Origin: a bacterium
GTDB lineage: Bacteria; Desulfobacterota; DSWW01
Assembly: GCA_040756235.1 (NCBI GenBank)
Contig: JBFLZG010000126.1
Coordinates: forward strand, 96,001-160,000
DNA length: 64,000 bases
Direction: 5' to 3'
The notes under the pieces are model-generated. The model had not been told where the DNA came from and made no database searches. It was given only the letters and a program-made list of their open reading frames with translations. This document shows positions 19,209 through 30,077 of this stretch, in pieces (position 1 is the first letter of the stretch; each line of letters begins with the position of its first letter). Both the position numbers and the translations under genes were made by a program.

Positions 19209-19532
19209 CGTTATCCCGGCCACAGGTCGCCGAGGCGGCCGCGAGCCGCGATCCCCGGGGTACCGCATTCGCGGGAATAACGCCCTTCACTGGATTCAGG
19301 CCTCCAAGGCTGTGTCTTGTTTCGTCATCCCGGCCCACCTGCGGAGCGCGTGTGAGCCGGGATCCAGCAGAGTGCGCGAAGCGCGGCTGCGATCACGTGG
19401 AGCAGGGACTGGACCCCGGCCTTCGCCGGGGTGACGGAGGGGAACTGGTGCAGCGGCCGGAATCCTGCCCTTGCCCCAGACTCCGATTCGGGGAATGTTC
19501 ACGACCCTGGTCCGGGTCCGCTGGCATGACGG
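19209..19532. repeat. Cluster of CGTC-type REP-like palindromes (BIME-like)
   Basis: CGTTATCCCGGC...GGGAATAACG (19209-19282), CGTCATCCCGGC...GCCGGGATCCAG (19323-19367), copy B at 19405-19439 and a terminal CATGACGG; lies between convergent rpsT and holA. Confidence 0.7.
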
Positions 19533-19559
19533 AAAAGACCTTGGACCGGCGGGGCTTCA

Positions 19560-20621
19560 TCAGCCTCTGCCGCCCCGTCGCCCGAGCGCGAGGGCGATCT
19601 CTGCGCAAACCTCCTCCAGATGAACCTGCGCGGGGATGCGGCTCGACTTCAGCGCCTGGTCCGTCGCCTCCAGAGAGAAGAAAATGCCTCGTATCCTATT
19701 CCAGGCGCAGCGCCTGGCCGCCGCAACGTAGGCATCCTGCTTGAATGAGGGGATCTTCAGGGCAGCGCACACGGCAGAGAGGTTCTCGCGCAACTCCAGG
19801 CACTCCTTGATGCGCCAGATGCTGCGCATCTCCCGGCTGATCCGGGAGAGGGCAATCAACGGGGGGGTCCCCTGGGCGAGCGACTGCTGGAGATGCTTCA
19901 GCGCCTCGCCCCAGCCGCCCTCGAGGAGAGCATCCGCAAGTCGGTAGCTCTCTTCGATTCCGATCGGAGAGAACAGCGCCGAAGCGGGGTGAGCGGGGTC
20001 CGATTCCTCGCTCTGGAAGAAAAGTGCCAGTTTTTCCATCTGACCTTCCAGCTTCTCCAGGTCCGGCCCTACCGACGCCAGGAGATCGTCCGCGAGCTGT
20101 GCCGTAAGATGTCTTTCGATGCCCTTCTCCCGGGCAATCCGCGAGATCCAAGGCTGGAGCTGCGACCGTTTGAGACCGGGGAACCCCAGGCAGCGCCCGG
20201 GGTACCTTTCATGCAGATGCCGAAAGAAGACGCCCTCCGGGAGCTTCTCCCCCGCAGTCAGGACCAGGCAGGTGAAAGGCGGGGGGTCGTCGATGTAGCG
20301 GAGCAGGGACTCGTGTCCCGGGTTTTTCAGTTCTTGCGCCTGGCGCACCAGGATCATCTGCCTCTGCTCGAAGAAAGGCATCGTTTCGGCGAAGGCCACC
20401 AGGTTCGGTGCGTCGATTTCAGGACCGCGGAGCGCGCGGTAGAGGACCGGTTCCAGATCGGGCCGGGGCACGATCTTCTGCTTGAGCGCAAGAACGGCCT
20501 TGCGCACGAAGTATCTCTCCTGGCCGTACAACAGCCAGAAGGGCGAGTCTTCGTCCAGGCTCTTCAGCTTTTCTTCCGCAGAGCCTCGCGGCGGGTCGCT
20601 GGCTGCACGCTCGCGTGCCAT
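19560..20621 (-). CDS. holA: DNA polymerase III delta subunit
   Basis: LLYGQERY, TMPFF, QMEKLALF and TDQALKSS motifs; leuS-lptE-holA synteny. Confidence 0.85.
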   Translation of the reverse strand: MARERAASDPPRGSAEEKLKSLDEDSPFWLLYGQERYFVRKAVLALKQKIVPRPDLEPVLYRALRGPEIDAPNLVAFAETMPFFEQRQMILVRQAQELKNPGHESLLRYIDDPPPFTCLVLTAGEKLPEGVFFRHLHERYPGRCLGFPGLKRSQLQPWISRIAREKGIERHLTAQLADDLLASVGPDLEKLEGQMEKLALFFQSEESDPAHPASALFSPIGIEESYRLADALLEGGWGEALKHLQQSLAQGTPPLIALSRISREMRSIWRIKECLELRENLSAVCAALKIPSFKQDAYVAAARRCAWNRIRGIFFSLEATDQALKSSRIPAQVHLEEVCAEIALALGRRGGRG

Positions 20622-20653
20622 TTTCGGTTCGCGCCGTCGGGTTCGCAAGGGCT

Positions 20654-21187
20654 TCAGAACCCGAAGAGAATTTGATCCACCACCCGATCCGACATCTTCC
20701 TGGATAGTCTGAGCAGCGCTTCTTCCCGATTGTCCCGGAAAAGCAAGGCATCGGAGCTTGCGTAGAAGCGCGTCTCTTCTTCGACCCGGTCCGCACGCCA
20801 GAGCACCTTGCCGTCGCTCTTTCTCTGCAAGGAGAAGGAGACCGCGACGTGTGCCATGTACTCCATGGCAAGGAAGTCTTCATTCACGGCGACCGGCGTC
20901 ACGACGACGGACCGCACCGTACCCCGGAGCACCGCCTCGGCTGCATCCGCAGAGCCGAGCTTGAGGCCCGAGGCGGAGAAACGGTCCCGAAAAGCCTGCG
21001 TCAGGACGTCCTCCAGCCGAGGCTCGAGGGACTCGTTGGCGAACAGAGGCACGCTGACGGTTCGAAGCTCGGCGCAGGCGCCGCTGCCGGTCGCACCCAT
21101 CCGATAGCCGCAGGACAGGAGCCCGGAGGAAAAGGCCGCCCAGAGGAGCAGAGCGCCGAGCCGAGATGGACGATGGAGCTGAGGCAC
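20654..21187 (-). CDS. lptE: LPS assembly lipoprotein LptE
   Basis: Lipobox LLSC-GY, VSVPLFANESLEPRLE; between leuS and holA. GTG start approximate. Confidence 0.85.
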   Translation of the reverse strand: MPQLHRPSRLGALLLWAAFSSGLLSCGYRMGATGSGACAELRTVSVPLFANESLEPRLEDVLTQAFRDRFSASGLKLGSADAAEAVLRGTVRSVVVTPVAVNEDFLAMEYMAHVAVSFSLQRKSDGKVLWRADRVEEETRFYASSDALLFRDNREEALLRLSRKMSDRVVDQILFGF

Positions 21188-21192
21188 GGTCT

Positions 21193-23679
21193 TCAGACCA
21201 CGATGTTCACGAGCCTGCGAGCGACGTGGATCACCCGCCGGGGAGTCTTCCCTGACAGAAACCGCTGGACCTTTTCGTCCTCCAGGGCGACCCCCTCGAT
21301 CTCCCCTTCGGTCGCGGCGGCGGGGACCTCGATCTTCGAGCGGACCTTGCCGTTGATCTGCACCACCAGCGTGACCCGTTCGCGCTCGAGTGCGTCCTCG
21401 CGATAGTCCGGCCAGGGGACCGCCAGCAGAGGCGTCGAGTGGCCGAAGGACTCCCAGAGCTCGTCGGCAATGTGCGGAGCGAAGGGAGACAGGAGGATGA
21501 AGACGGTCTCCATGGCCTTTCTGACGACCCGGCACTCCAGGGGGCGCGCGCCGGCGTCCGGAGCAGCGGTCTGATAGAGAGCGTTGACGAGCTCCATGAT
21601 CGAGCTGACGGCCGTGTTCAGATGCTGCCGCTCCTGAATGTCCCGGGTGACCCGGAAGATCGTTTCATGGACCGTGCGGTAGAGCGACGCGGCCGGCTCC
21701 TCGGACGGAGGCGCCCCCTCGTAGGCTTCCAGCGTGAGAAGGCTTTCGCGCCAGTCCTCGGCCAGTCTCCAGATCCGCTGGAGAAAGCGCGCAGAGCCCT
21801 CCACGCCCAGATCGCTCCAGTCCAGGTCTCTTTCCGGCGGCGCGGCGAACAGGCTGAACAGACGGGTGGTATCGGCGCCGTAGCGCCGCACCATGTCGTC
21901 CGGGTCCACGATATTCCCCTTGGACTTGGACATCTTCGCCCCGTCCTTGATCACCATGCCCTGCGTCAGGAGGTTCTCGAACGGCTCGTCGAACGGCACG
22001 TACCCGAAGTCGCGCAGCACCTTGGTGAAAAAGCGCGAATACAGGAGATGGAGCACAGCGTGCTCGATGCCGCCGATGTACTGATCCACGGGCATCCAGT
22101 AGCGGACCTTCTCGGGGTCGAACAGGCCCTTGTCGTAGTGCGCGGAGGTGTATCGCTCAAAGTACCAGGACGACTCCACGAACGTATCCATGGTGTCGGT
22201 TTCCCGGCGCGCGGGCCCCTGGCACTTCGGGCAGGTCCCGCGGACGAATTCCCTGTGGGCCGCCAGGGGAGACCCCTTCGCCTGGAAGTCCACGTCGTAA
22301 GGGAGGACGACCGGCAGGTCCTTCTCGTCCACCGGCTGGGTGCCGCACCGGTCGCAGTAAAGGATCGGTATGGGCGCCCCCCAGTAACGCTGGCGGGAGA
22401 TGCACCAATCCCGCAGGCGATACTGGACGGCGCCGTCTCCCAGGCCGCGCTCCTCCAGGTGCGCGTTCATCTTCTCGCGGGCGGTTGCGCTCTCGAGACC
22501 GGTGAACGGACCGGAGTCGGCCAGGATGCCGTCTTCCTCGAAAGCCTGCTTCAGGCTCGTGCCGCGCAAGGTCTCCCCGGACCCGGGCTGAATGACCACC
22601 TGGATGGGAAGGCTGTAGCGCTTGGCGAAGTCGAAGTCCCTCTGGTCGTGGGCCGGAACGGCCATGACCGCGCCGGTGCCGTATTCCATGAGGACGAAAT
22701 TGGCGACGAAGACCGGCATGCGCCAGCCGCGCAGAGGGTTCTTGCAGTAGGCGCCGGTAAAGACGCCTTCCTTTTCGTACTCGGCCGATGTCCTCTTCTG
22801 CTTGTCCTGCTGGCGGACCCGCTGGATGAACGCGGCGACCTCCTGCTCCCGGTCCGGTCCCCGGGCGAGCTGGAGCGCCAGCGGGTGTTCGGGCGCCAGG
22901 CTCATGAAGGTGGCCCCGTAGAGCGTGTCCTGACGGGTCGTGAAGACCTCGATGGCCCCCTCCCGGTCGGCCAGCGGAAAGCGGACCCTGGCGCCGGTGC
23001 TCTTCCCGATCCAGTTCCGCTGCATGGTCAGGACCCGTTCGGGCCAGCCGGTCAGGCGGTCGCAGTACTCCAGCAATTCCTCTGCGTACGCGGTGATGCG
23101 GAAGAACCACTGCTCCAGCTCGCGCAGCTCCACGGTCTCGTCGCAGCGCCAGCACCGGCCCCCTTCCACCTGTTCGTTGGCCAGCACGGTCTGGCACCGG
23201 CTGCACCAGTTGACCTCTGATTTCTTCTTGTACGCCAGCCCTTTCTTGTACATCTGAAGGAACAGGGACTGTTCCCAGCGGTAATAGTCGGGGCTGCTGG
23301 TGTTGACTTCCCGCGCCCAGTCGTAGCTGAAACCCATGCGCAGGAGCTGTTCCTTCATGCGGCGGATGTTCTGGCCCGTGTACTCGGCCGGATGCACCCC
23401 GCTCGATATGGCGGCATTCTCCGCCGGCATGCCGAAGGCGTCCCACCCCATCGGGTGGAGCACGTTCCAGCCCTTCATCCTCCGGAACCTGGCAAGGACG
23501 TCGCCGATCGAGTAGTTTCGGACGTGGCCCATGTGGAGGTTGCCGCTCGGATACGGGAACATCTCCAGGAGATAGTACTTCGGCTTGTCCAAAGTTTCGG
23601 CGACCCGAAAAAGGTCCTTTCGGCTCCAGACGGACTGCCACTTGGCTTCGACAGCCTGAGGATCGTATTTGCGGTGCAC
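21193..23679 (-). CDS. leuS: Leucyl-tRNA synthetase
   Basis: [24 protein letters not shown] and KMSKS motifs; GTG start at 23679. Confidence 0.97.
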   Translation of the reverse strand: MHRKYDPQAVEAKWQSVWSRKDLFRVAETLDKPKYYLLEMFPYPSGNLHMGHVRNYSIGDVLARFRRMKGWNVLHPMGWDAFGMPAENAAISSGVHPAEYTGQNIRRMKEQLLRMGFSYDWAREVNTSSPDYYRWEQSLFLQMYKKGLAYKKKSEVNWCSRCQTVLANEQVEGGRCWRCDETVELRELEQWFFRITAYAEELLEYCDRLTGWPERVLTMQRNWIGKSTGARVRFPLADREGAIEVFTTRQDTLYGATFMSLAPEHPLALQLARGPDREQEVAAFIQRVRQQDKQKRTSAEYEKEGVFTGAYCKNPLRGWRMPVFVANFVLMEYGTGAVMAVPAHDQRDFDFAKRYSLPIQVVIQPGSGETLRGTSLKQAFEEDGILADSGPFTGLESATAREKMNAHLEERGLGDGAVQYRLRDWCISRQRYWGAPIPILYCDRCGTQPVDEKDLPVVLPYDVDFQAKGSPLAAHREFVRGTCPKCQGPARRETDTMDTFVESSWYFERYTSAHYDKGLFDPEKVRYWMPVDQYIGGIEHAVLHLLYSRFFTKVLRDFGYVPFDEPFENLLTQGMVIKDGAKMSKSKGNIVDPDDMVRRYGADTTRLFSLFAAPPERDLDWSDLGVEGSARFLQRIWRLAEDWRESLLTLEAYEGAPPSEEPAASLYRTVHETIFRVTRDIQERQHLNTAVSSIMELVNALYQTAAPDAGARPLECRVVRKAMETVFILLSPFAPHIADELWESFGHSTPLLAVPWPDYREDALERERVTLVVQINGKVRSKIEVPAAATEGEIEGVALEDEKVQRFLSGKTPRRVIHVARRLVNIVV

Positions 23680-23854
23680 TGCCTTCCCTCGATCGCTCGC
23701 TTGACGGCGCCACCCAAACGGCTGCGCTCGCAGTCGGCGTCCGGCTTCACCAGGGAACGGCACGGCCGATGGGTGGAGAGGCTCCGACTTTTTTAGCACA
23801 GGGGGTGAGGATTCGCAATGAACGCCTCGGGAATGCAGCCGAACGGCGCCGGCT

Positions 23855-23884
23855 TTGTCTACGCGTCCCTCGATGTGCTAGATT
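23855..23884 (+). promoter_or_regulatory. Putative sigma70 promoter for the wzy-like gene
   Basis: TTGTCT, 18 bp spacer, extended TG-c-TAGATT; divergent from leuS. Confidence 0.45.
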
Positions 23885-24065
23885 CGTCCCGCAGTCACAT
23901 CCGCCTCCCCAGGGCGGGCGGAAGGCCAGCGACATCCCCGCGATCGTGAGCCGTGGCCGAGAGCCGCGGGTGTTTCAGGACCATCCTGGAGGGTCCCGGT
24001 GTCTCCTGACAGAGAATCCCGGCGGAGCCGGCGCGGAAGATTCCGCACCTGAGCGCTGAGGCCGC

Positions 24066-25577
24066 ATGTACGTCGAGCGTGAAAGATGGGCGCGCGAGGC
24101 CTGGTTCTGGGCATTCAGCCTGTGTCTTGCCTACGTCTTTTTCTATCTCACCACCCACAAACGGCCCCCCCTGACGCTGACCGCGGCGGTGGGATTCGTC
24201 GCGCTCGGCGTCGTCACGCACATGGCTCTCAAGAAGGCGAAGTCGACCCTGTACCTGATCTTCCTGTTCCTGCCGTTCTTTCCCTTCCTGCGCATCCAGA
24301 TCATCCGTTACGAGATCGTCGGCTACACGGTGATGTTCATCGCTGCCCGGTGGACCGAGTTCCTCATGCTGCTGTCCCTCCTGGGCCGGAAGTTGGGCGG
24401 GGTCCGGAGAATCTTGTACTCTGCCCCGCTCCTGGATTTCCTGATTCTGGCTTACGTCCTGGTCGGGCTTGTCTATCTCGGGAAAGCGGTCCGGGGGGGC
24501 AACACCTTCATGGGCCTGTGGGGCCTCAAGGACCAATTTCTCTTTTTCACCTACTACGCCCTCGTCCGCTTCATCCCTCTCGGCAAAGAGGACTTGAAGC
24601 GCTTCCTCACGATCTCGGCCCTGATCGCCGCGGCCATTGCCGCCTTCGGTGCCCTCCAGGCCCAGTTCCTGGGGGACGGCTTCCTCAGGACCCTCGGCTA
24701 CGGAATCGATATCCCCGGCACGGGCTTGACCTACGTCGACCCCAGCTACAAAAGGACCTTCCCCGGAGGCATCAGCTTCATCCGCGCCATCTCCATTCTC
24801 CAGGACGCGCTGAGCCTCGGCGCCTATCTCATGGTCTTTCTCCTGATCCTGCAGCCCTTCTATTTCATGCCGGAACGGAAAGACTGGAGGCTGGCGAAGC
24901 GCTTCTTGTACTTCATCCTTCTCCTCGGCCTGTTCTACACGACCACGCGCTCCGCATGGATCGGAACCGCCGCAGGGACTCTCTATCTCGGCTGGCGGGG
25001 GAAGAGGCTGCTCGTCACCTCGAGCGTCTTCCTGCTGCTCGGCGCGGTCTTCCTGCTGCTCCTGCTGAGCTTCCCGGGGGGCAAGCAATTCCTTCTCGGG
25101 TCCTTTTTCCAGGCTGACGAAGCCAGTCTGACGGGGCACCTGTCCAAGTACGGCTGGCAGTTCCAGACCATGCTGGACAACCCCCTGGGCCTGGGGCTCG
25201 GCATGACCGGCCGCGTGGGCATCCAGTTCGGGTCGGTGCTCCAGGGCGGATTCAACACGGAATGCTGGTACTTGCAGGTCGGCACGCAGATGGGGGTGCT
25301 CGGGTTCGCCTTGTACGTCGGGATCACCCTCGAGACGCTGCGCAAGTTGTTCCTGCTGGGCCTGAGGCTGCGGGATCCGTTCCTGCGCGACCTGGCGGAC
25401 GGAGTGTTCGCGGCCTATCTGGCCTGCGCGCTGTTCGCCATTTCCCTGAACGTCTGGCAGTGCCATCTCATCCCGATCTTCATCCACCTGTTCGTGGGCA
25501 TGGCGATCTTCCACTTTCCGTTCCTCGATGGCGGGCAGCCGGCGCAGGAGAACGCGGTGCCGGCCAGGGCCGCGTGA
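24066..25577 (+). CDS. O-antigen ligase / Wzy polymerase family membrane protein
   Basis: About 12 TM helices, RAISIL, TTTRSAWIG, NPLGLGLG, WYLQVGTQMGVLG (Wzy_C pattern). Confidence 0.8.
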   Translation: MYVERERWAREAWFWAFSLCLAYVFFYLTTHKRPPLTLTAAVGFVALGVVTHMALKKAKSTLYLIFLFLPFFPFLRIQIIRYEIVGYTVMFIAARWTEFLMLLSLLGRKLGGVRRILYSAPLLDFLILAYVLVGLVYLGKAVRGGNTFMGLWGLKDQFLFFTYYALVRFIPLGKEDLKRFLTISALIAAAIAAFGALQAQFLGDGFLRTLGYGIDIPGTGLTYVDPSYKRTFPGGISFIRAISILQDALSLGAYLMVFLLILQPFYFMPERKDWRLAKRFLYFILLLGLFYTTTRSAWIGTAAGTLYLGWRGKRLLVTSSVFLLLGAVFLLLLLSFPGGKQFLLGSFFQADEASLTGHLSKYGWQFQTMLDNPLGLGLGMTGRVGIQFGSVLQGGFNTECWYLQVGTQMGVLGFALYVGITLETLRKLFLLGLRLRDPFLRDLADGVFAAYLACALFAISLNVWQCHLIPIFIHLFVGMAIFHFPFLDGGQPAQENAVPARAA

Positions 25578-25586
25578 GGCAAGCGC

Positions 25587-26852
25587 ATGGAGCGCCCCGG
25601 CGCGTGCGGACCCCGCCTGCCCCACCCGCTCGATCCCGGCCCGGGCGCCCCCTGGGACATCCTGTTCGTCGGCTACGGAGACTGGCTCCTCTGGAACTGG
25701 GACGGCTTTCGTACCCGCAGCGCGCAGCTGTTCCGTTTTCTGGCTCGCTCGAAGCGGGTGGCGCGGGTCTTCGTGCTGAACGAGCCGGTCTATCTGCGCG
25801 GCGGCCAGGCGGGCTTCGCGGTGCCCAGGTGGGAGCGGTTCAAGAGACTTCCGCTGCGGGGAGGCGGCCGGCGGGAGTCGGAAAAAGTGATCCTCCTGGA
25901 GCCCTCCCGCTTTCTGGTCGGGCCGGACCGGATGAAGAGACCCTGGACGGCCCGCATGCTGGCGCGGGAGATGGCGGCCTGGAAGGCGCGCCCGGTCCTG
26001 TGGATCGCCAACGTGCACAAGGCCTGGCTGATGCGTGAGGTTCCGGCTGCGGTGCGCGTGTTCGATGCCATCGACGATTGGGACGCGGTGCCCGAGTACC
26101 GGAAGCAGGGAAAGAACATACGCGCCGGGTATGGCCGGGTCCTGCAGGACGCCGACCTGATTTACACGGTCTCCCGTCCTCTCCTGGCCAAGTTCCGCCG
26201 GAGAGCCCGCACTCCCGAGGTCCATCACCTGCCGAACGGCGTCGACCTCGATCTCTTCTCCACACCGGCCGAACCGCCCCTGAAGAGGCGCGCTGCACGC
26301 AGGCTTCGACAGCCGATTCTGACGTACGTGGGGGTTCTGTCCGAGCGCTTCGACATGGAGCTCATGGGAGAGGTCGCGCGGCAATGGCCGCGGTGCACGA
26401 TCCGGCTCGTGGGTCCGGTGGGCGGCACCCTGGAGCTGAGATTACGGCGCCTCCGGGGCCTGCCGAACGTGGAATGGACAGGGTTGGTCCGCCACGAGCG
26501 GGTTCCGGACCTGCTGCGGGAGTCGGACGTGCTCTTGATTCCCCACCGCGAGTCCCCGTTGAGCCTCTCCATGGACCCCCTGAAGCTTTACGAGTACCTG
26601 ACGACCGGCCTGCCGGTCGTAACCACACCCGTGCCGCCCGTGGAGGAGTACGCTCGCTGGCTCTACATCGGTGCTGCGAGCGACTTTCCGCGTCTGGTCG
26701 GCGAGGCCCTGGCGGAGGCCGACCGGGCACAAGCCGAGGCGCTCTGGAGAGGTCGCATCGAAGTGGGGAAAAAGCAGGGGTGGGAGATCCGGATCGGCCG
26801 GATCCTGTCCGACCTGGACCGGCTCCGCGGCTCGCTGCCCTCTTGCCTTTGA
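25587..26852 (+). CDS. GT4-like glycosyltransferase (TuaH-like)
   Basis: FDAIDDW, LPNGVD, YVGVL and DPLKLYEYLTTGLPVV motifs. Confidence 0.85.
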   Translation: MERPGACGPRLPHPLDPGPGAPWDILFVGYGDWLLWNWDGFRTRSAQLFRFLARSKRVARVFVLNEPVYLRGGQAGFAVPRWERFKRLPLRGGGRRESEKVILLEPSRFLVGPDRMKRPWTARMLAREMAAWKARPVLWIANVHKAWLMREVPAAVRVFDAIDDWDAVPEYRKQGKNIRAGYGRVLQDADLIYTVSRPLLAKFRRRARTPEVHHLPNGVDLDLFSTPAEPPLKRRAARRLRQPILTYVGVLSERFDMELMGEVARQWPRCTIRLVGPVGGTLELRLRRLRGLPNVEWTGLVRHERVPDLLRESDVLLIPHRESPLSLSMDPLKLYEYLTTGLPVVTTPVPPVEEYARWLYIGAASDFPRLVGEALAEADRAQAEALWRGRIEVGKKQGWEIRIGRILSDLDRLRGSLPSCL

Positions 26853-26873
26853 CCTTCTTCCTTGCGCCGTCTT

Positions 26874-27893
26874 TCAGGACTCCGGCCCTCTCCGGAAGGG
26901 AACGAGCGGCTCGAGTCGGAACACCAGCCGCTCGGCGTCCAACCGGTAGTACCGGTCCCGGGTTTCGCCCTGCCTCCACGCACAGTCGTCTCCTGTGGCG
27001 TCGCCCGCGCCGGCATCCACGACCTCGATTCGCAGGAGAGGACCGTCCAGCCGATTGCCGAGAATTCGATAGAGACCGCGCGCGCGCCCGCCCTCGGCGT
27101 CCCTCCACAGGACCTCGCCCGAGGACCGGATGTCCATCCACTCGACGGTCCCGCACCGGTTTTCCCGCTGCCAGGTGCCGAAAAGGGGAGCTCGGTCGAA
27201 AGCCGGAGTGCCGATCCAGCGGATCGCCAGGGCGAGGACCGCCAGCGCGAGGACGGCCGCCCCGTCCGCAGGCAGGAGTCCGCCGGGGAGCCGCCTTCTT
27301 CTCCCGGGCGGCGAATCCGACTCCCCGCGCCTGCAGTCGCTCGGTGCCGCCCTGGCCGCGGACAGGGGGACGAGAGCAATCGTGGCCAGCGCGAGCGTCG
27401 CCGCCACGAGGTTCAGCACCAGGTCGCGGTTGTCGTAGTAGCGGGTCGGCAGCAACCCCTGCGCCGCCTCGTCGAGGAAGCCGATCCAGACCGTGGCAAT
27501 CGCGGCCTGTGCGTAGCGCCTCGGCCCGGTCCGGCTCCGTCCTGCGGCCTGGAAGCAGAGGGCCGCCAGCAGGCCGTACTCGAAGAAGTGCACCCGCTCC
27601 ACCGTGATCCGCGTCAACCACGCCATGCAGCATACGAAGAGCCCGAACAGCAGGGAGAATCGCAAGACGGCCCGGCCGGAGGGCGCTCCCCGCAGGCTGC
27701 GGATGCGCAGGAAGCCCCAGGCCAGCAGGCCCGCGAGCGCCGCGAGGAGGGAGAAGCTCAGGAGCCCCTGGAGGTTCCTTGCTTCCAACCAGTCCATGAA
27801 GGCGCGCACGAACACCAGGCTGCAGAACAGGAGCGCCGCATAGAGCAGGACCCATTTCCAGGAGGAGAGGAAATGCCGTGCCGCGGACCTCAT
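26874..27893 (-). CDS. VanZ-family membrane protein with C-terminal soluble domain
   Basis: ERVHFFEYGLL...GFLDEAAQGLLPTRYYDNRDL (VanZ pattern). Confidence 0.7.
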   Translation of the reverse strand: MRSAARHFLSSWKWVLLYAALLFCSLVFVRAFMDWLEARNLQGLLSFSLLAALAGLLAWGFLRIRSLRGAPSGRAVLRFSLLFGLFVCCMAWLTRITVERVHFFEYGLLAALCFQAAGRSRTGPRRYAQAAIATVWIGFLDEAAQGLLPTRYYDNRDLVLNLVAATLALATIALVPLSAARAAPSDCRRGESDSPPGRRRRLPGGLLPADGAAVLALAVLALAIRWIGTPAFDRAPLFGTWQRENRCGTVEWMDIRSSGEVLWRDAEGGRARGLYRILGNRLDGPLLRIEVVDAGAGDATGDDCAWRQGETRDRYYRLDAERLVFRLEPLVPFRRGPES

Positions 27894-27916
27894 GAGCGCT
27901 CCTTCCCCCCCCTGTC

Positions 27917-28570
27917 CTATCGCTCCCAATGCGCGTTCTCGCGGACGGTGCGAGCCGGATTTCCCGCGACCACCGTGCGGGCCGGCACCTTCTTCCCGGC
28001 TATGACCGAGCCGGCACCCACCACGGCTCCGGCCTCGATCCGGGTGCCCTTGAGAATCAGGCTCCGGGCGCCGATCCAGACGTGGTCGGCAATGTGGATG
28101 GACGCGGTGGCAGGCTCAGGATTCCCTTCAGGGCCCGAGAGGCGATGGTAGTCGCCGTCCATGATCTGCACTTCCCAGGAGATGGCGCAATCGGCTCCGA
28201 TCCGGATCTCCTCCAGAGCGATGATCCGAGAACCAGGGTTGATGGTCGTTCCTGCGCCGATTTCCAGGAGCGCGCCCGGGTGGACTTCAAGGACGGCGCC
28301 GTCGCCGATCACCGCCTCTCCCTGAAAGCGCAGGCACGCACCGTCGTGCACGACGATCCCCCCCTTGGATCTCCAGAAGTCCCAGAAGCAGCCGAACTGA
28401 ACCCGACCCGCCGCCTTCTCGATCCTCGCGCCGGGATGCTGTAGGATGCGATTCCCGTTGAACAGGTAGATCCCGGACGCGAGCCTGCCCGGGTGGCGCA
28501 GAGGGTAAACCAGGTTGCGGGGATCGTAGCGGATCGCTTTCCAGATGCGCGCGAGGTCTTTGGGCAGCAT
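27917..28570 (-). CDS. Hexapeptide-repeat O-acyltransferase
   Basis: IGADCAISWEVQIMDGDYH, IADHVWIG, GAVVGAGSV and VVAGNPAR motifs. Confidence 0.85.
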   Translation of the reverse strand: MLPKDLARIWKAIRYDPRNLVYPLRHPGRLASGIYLFNGNRILQHPGARIEKAAGRVQFGCFWDFWRSKGGIVVHDGACLRFQGEAVIGDGAVLEVHPGALLEIGAGTTINPGSRIIALEEIRIGADCAISWEVQIMDGDYHRLSGPEGNPEPATASIHIADHVWIGARSLILKGTRIEAGAVVGAGSVIAGKKVPARTVVAGNPARTVRENAHWER

Positions 28571-28666
28571 GCTCCTTACCCTGCAGGTTGCGCAGTCCCG
28601 GATCCGGCGCGGCGCAGCAGGTGCTGCGAGCGCACGGCTCCGTTCCACGGCAGTTCGGATCTCTGT

Positions 28667-28694
28667 TTGACGGAACGGCCGACACCCTTATCAT
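28667..28694 (+). promoter_or_regulatory. Putative sigma70 promoter heading the long + strand glycan operon
   Basis: TTGACG, 16 bp spacer, TATCAT, about 90 bp upstream of TTG 28783. Confidence 0.5.
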
Positions 28695-28782
28695 ATTCCC
28701 GCGGAACGGGGCAAAGCAGTCGGCGGTTGGTCCCAGGGGGCGACCGGCCGGTCGCCCCTGCACGGCCCGCCTGGAGAGATCG

Positions 28783-30036
28783 TTGAACCACCCCTTGTAC
28801 GTGCTGCAGCTGAACGCCACCAACTTCGTTCCCGACATGGGCGGGATCGCCACCTACAACCACGAGCTGGCTCACCACATCGGCCTGCGCGGCCACTCGG
28901 TGGAGCTGCTGACCTATCCCTCTGCCGGTCCGCTCCGGGCGGGCGGTTTCGCCTACACGATCCGGCCCGGCCGCAGCTTCGATCTCAGGGAGGTCGTTGC
29001 ACGAGGGGGCTCCCGGGCCTTCCTGCTGCGCAGCCTGCCTCCCAAGGTGGCGGGGATGACTCGGGTCGCGCTGAGGGCCCTGCGCATCGCTCCGGCCGGA
29101 TCGCGGCGCGTGCTCTGGGCCATGACCTGGTGGCCCGAGGGGATCGCCGCATGGCTGGCGGGCCGCCTGCGGCGCGTTCCTTACTTCGTCAGCGCTCACG
29201 GCTACGAAGCCGTGATCCCGAAGACCGCGAGAAGGCACTTGCTTTACCGTTCGGTCATGGGGCAGGCTGCGGCCGTGTTCGCCGTGAGCCGCCACACGGC
29301 CGGCCTGCTGGAGCTTTGCGGGGTCCCGCCGGAGCGGATCCGGGTGATTCCGAACGGGGTCGATCCGGATCGGTTTCGACTCACGGCGGAAGTCGCCGCA
29401 CGGATGAGCGACCTGCGGCGCCGGTTCCTGCTCGACGGCTGTTACGTCCTTCTCACGATCGCCCGGCTGACCGAACGAAAGGGCCACATGGCCGTGCTCA
29501 GGGCCCTGGCCGCCTTGCGTGGCGCGGCCCCGGACCTGCGTTACGTGATCGCGGGCGAAGGCCCGATGCGGCCGCGACTCGAGGAGGCCGTGGTCGGGCT
29601 CCGCCTGGAAGGCGTCGTGGCGTTTGCCGGGGAGGTCAGCGAGCCGGACAAGCTCGCCCTGCTCCATGGCTCCGACGTCTTCGTGATGCCGAACCGGGAC
29701 ATTCCCCTTGGCAAGGGCGGCGTGGACACCGAAGGATTCGGGATGGTCTTCCTGGAAGCGGCCGCCTGCGGCAAGCCGGTCGTGGCGGGCAGGGCGGGCG
29801 GGGCAGTCGAGGCGGTGGTCGACGGGTGCACCGGTATCCTGGTCGATCCGCTCGACGACGGTGAGGTCCGAGAGGCCTTGCAGAAGCTGCGCCGCGACCG
29901 GGAGCTGGCCGCACGGCTGGGGCGCGCAGGGCTGGCCAGGGTGAAAAGGGACTTCACCTGGGTTAGGATTTCCGAGACCTACTGCAATGAGCTCGAGGCC
30001 GGCTCCAGGCAAACGGATCGGAGCCGCCTGGAATAG
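28783..30036 (+). CDS. GT4 glycosyltransferase (PimB-like)
   Basis: GGIATY, IPNGVD, RKGH and EGFGMVFLEAAACGKPVV motifs; TTG 28783 has GGAGAG upstream. Confidence 0.88.
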   Translation: MNHPLYVLQLNATNFVPDMGGIATYNHELAHHIGLRGHSVELLTYPSAGPLRAGGFAYTIRPGRSFDLREVVARGGSRAFLLRSLPPKVAGMTRVALRALRIAPAGSRRVLWAMTWWPEGIAAWLAGRLRRVPYFVSAHGYEAVIPKTARRHLLYRSVMGQAAAVFAVSRHTAGLLELCGVPPERIRVIPNGVDPDRFRLTAEVAARMSDLRRRFLLDGCYVLLTIARLTERKGHMAVLRALAALRGAAPDLRYVIAGEGPMRPRLEEAVVGLRLEGVVAFAGEVSEPDKLALLHGSDVFVMPNRDIPLGKGGVDTEGFGMVFLEAAACGKPVVAGRAGGAVEAVVDGCTGILVDPLDDGEVREALQKLRRDRELAARLGRAGLARVKRDFTWVRISETYCNELEAGSRQTDRSRLE

Positions 30037-30077
30037 ATCCATAAACGACTTGAAGAAACAAGCTGCAATAGCTTGAT

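Noticed and set aside
19127..19559. Possible CRISPR array or small ORFs in the rpsT-holA gap
   Set aside because: The repeats are degenerate, inverted and irregularly spaced, no cas genes are present, and the small ORFs are translations of REP-like palindromes.
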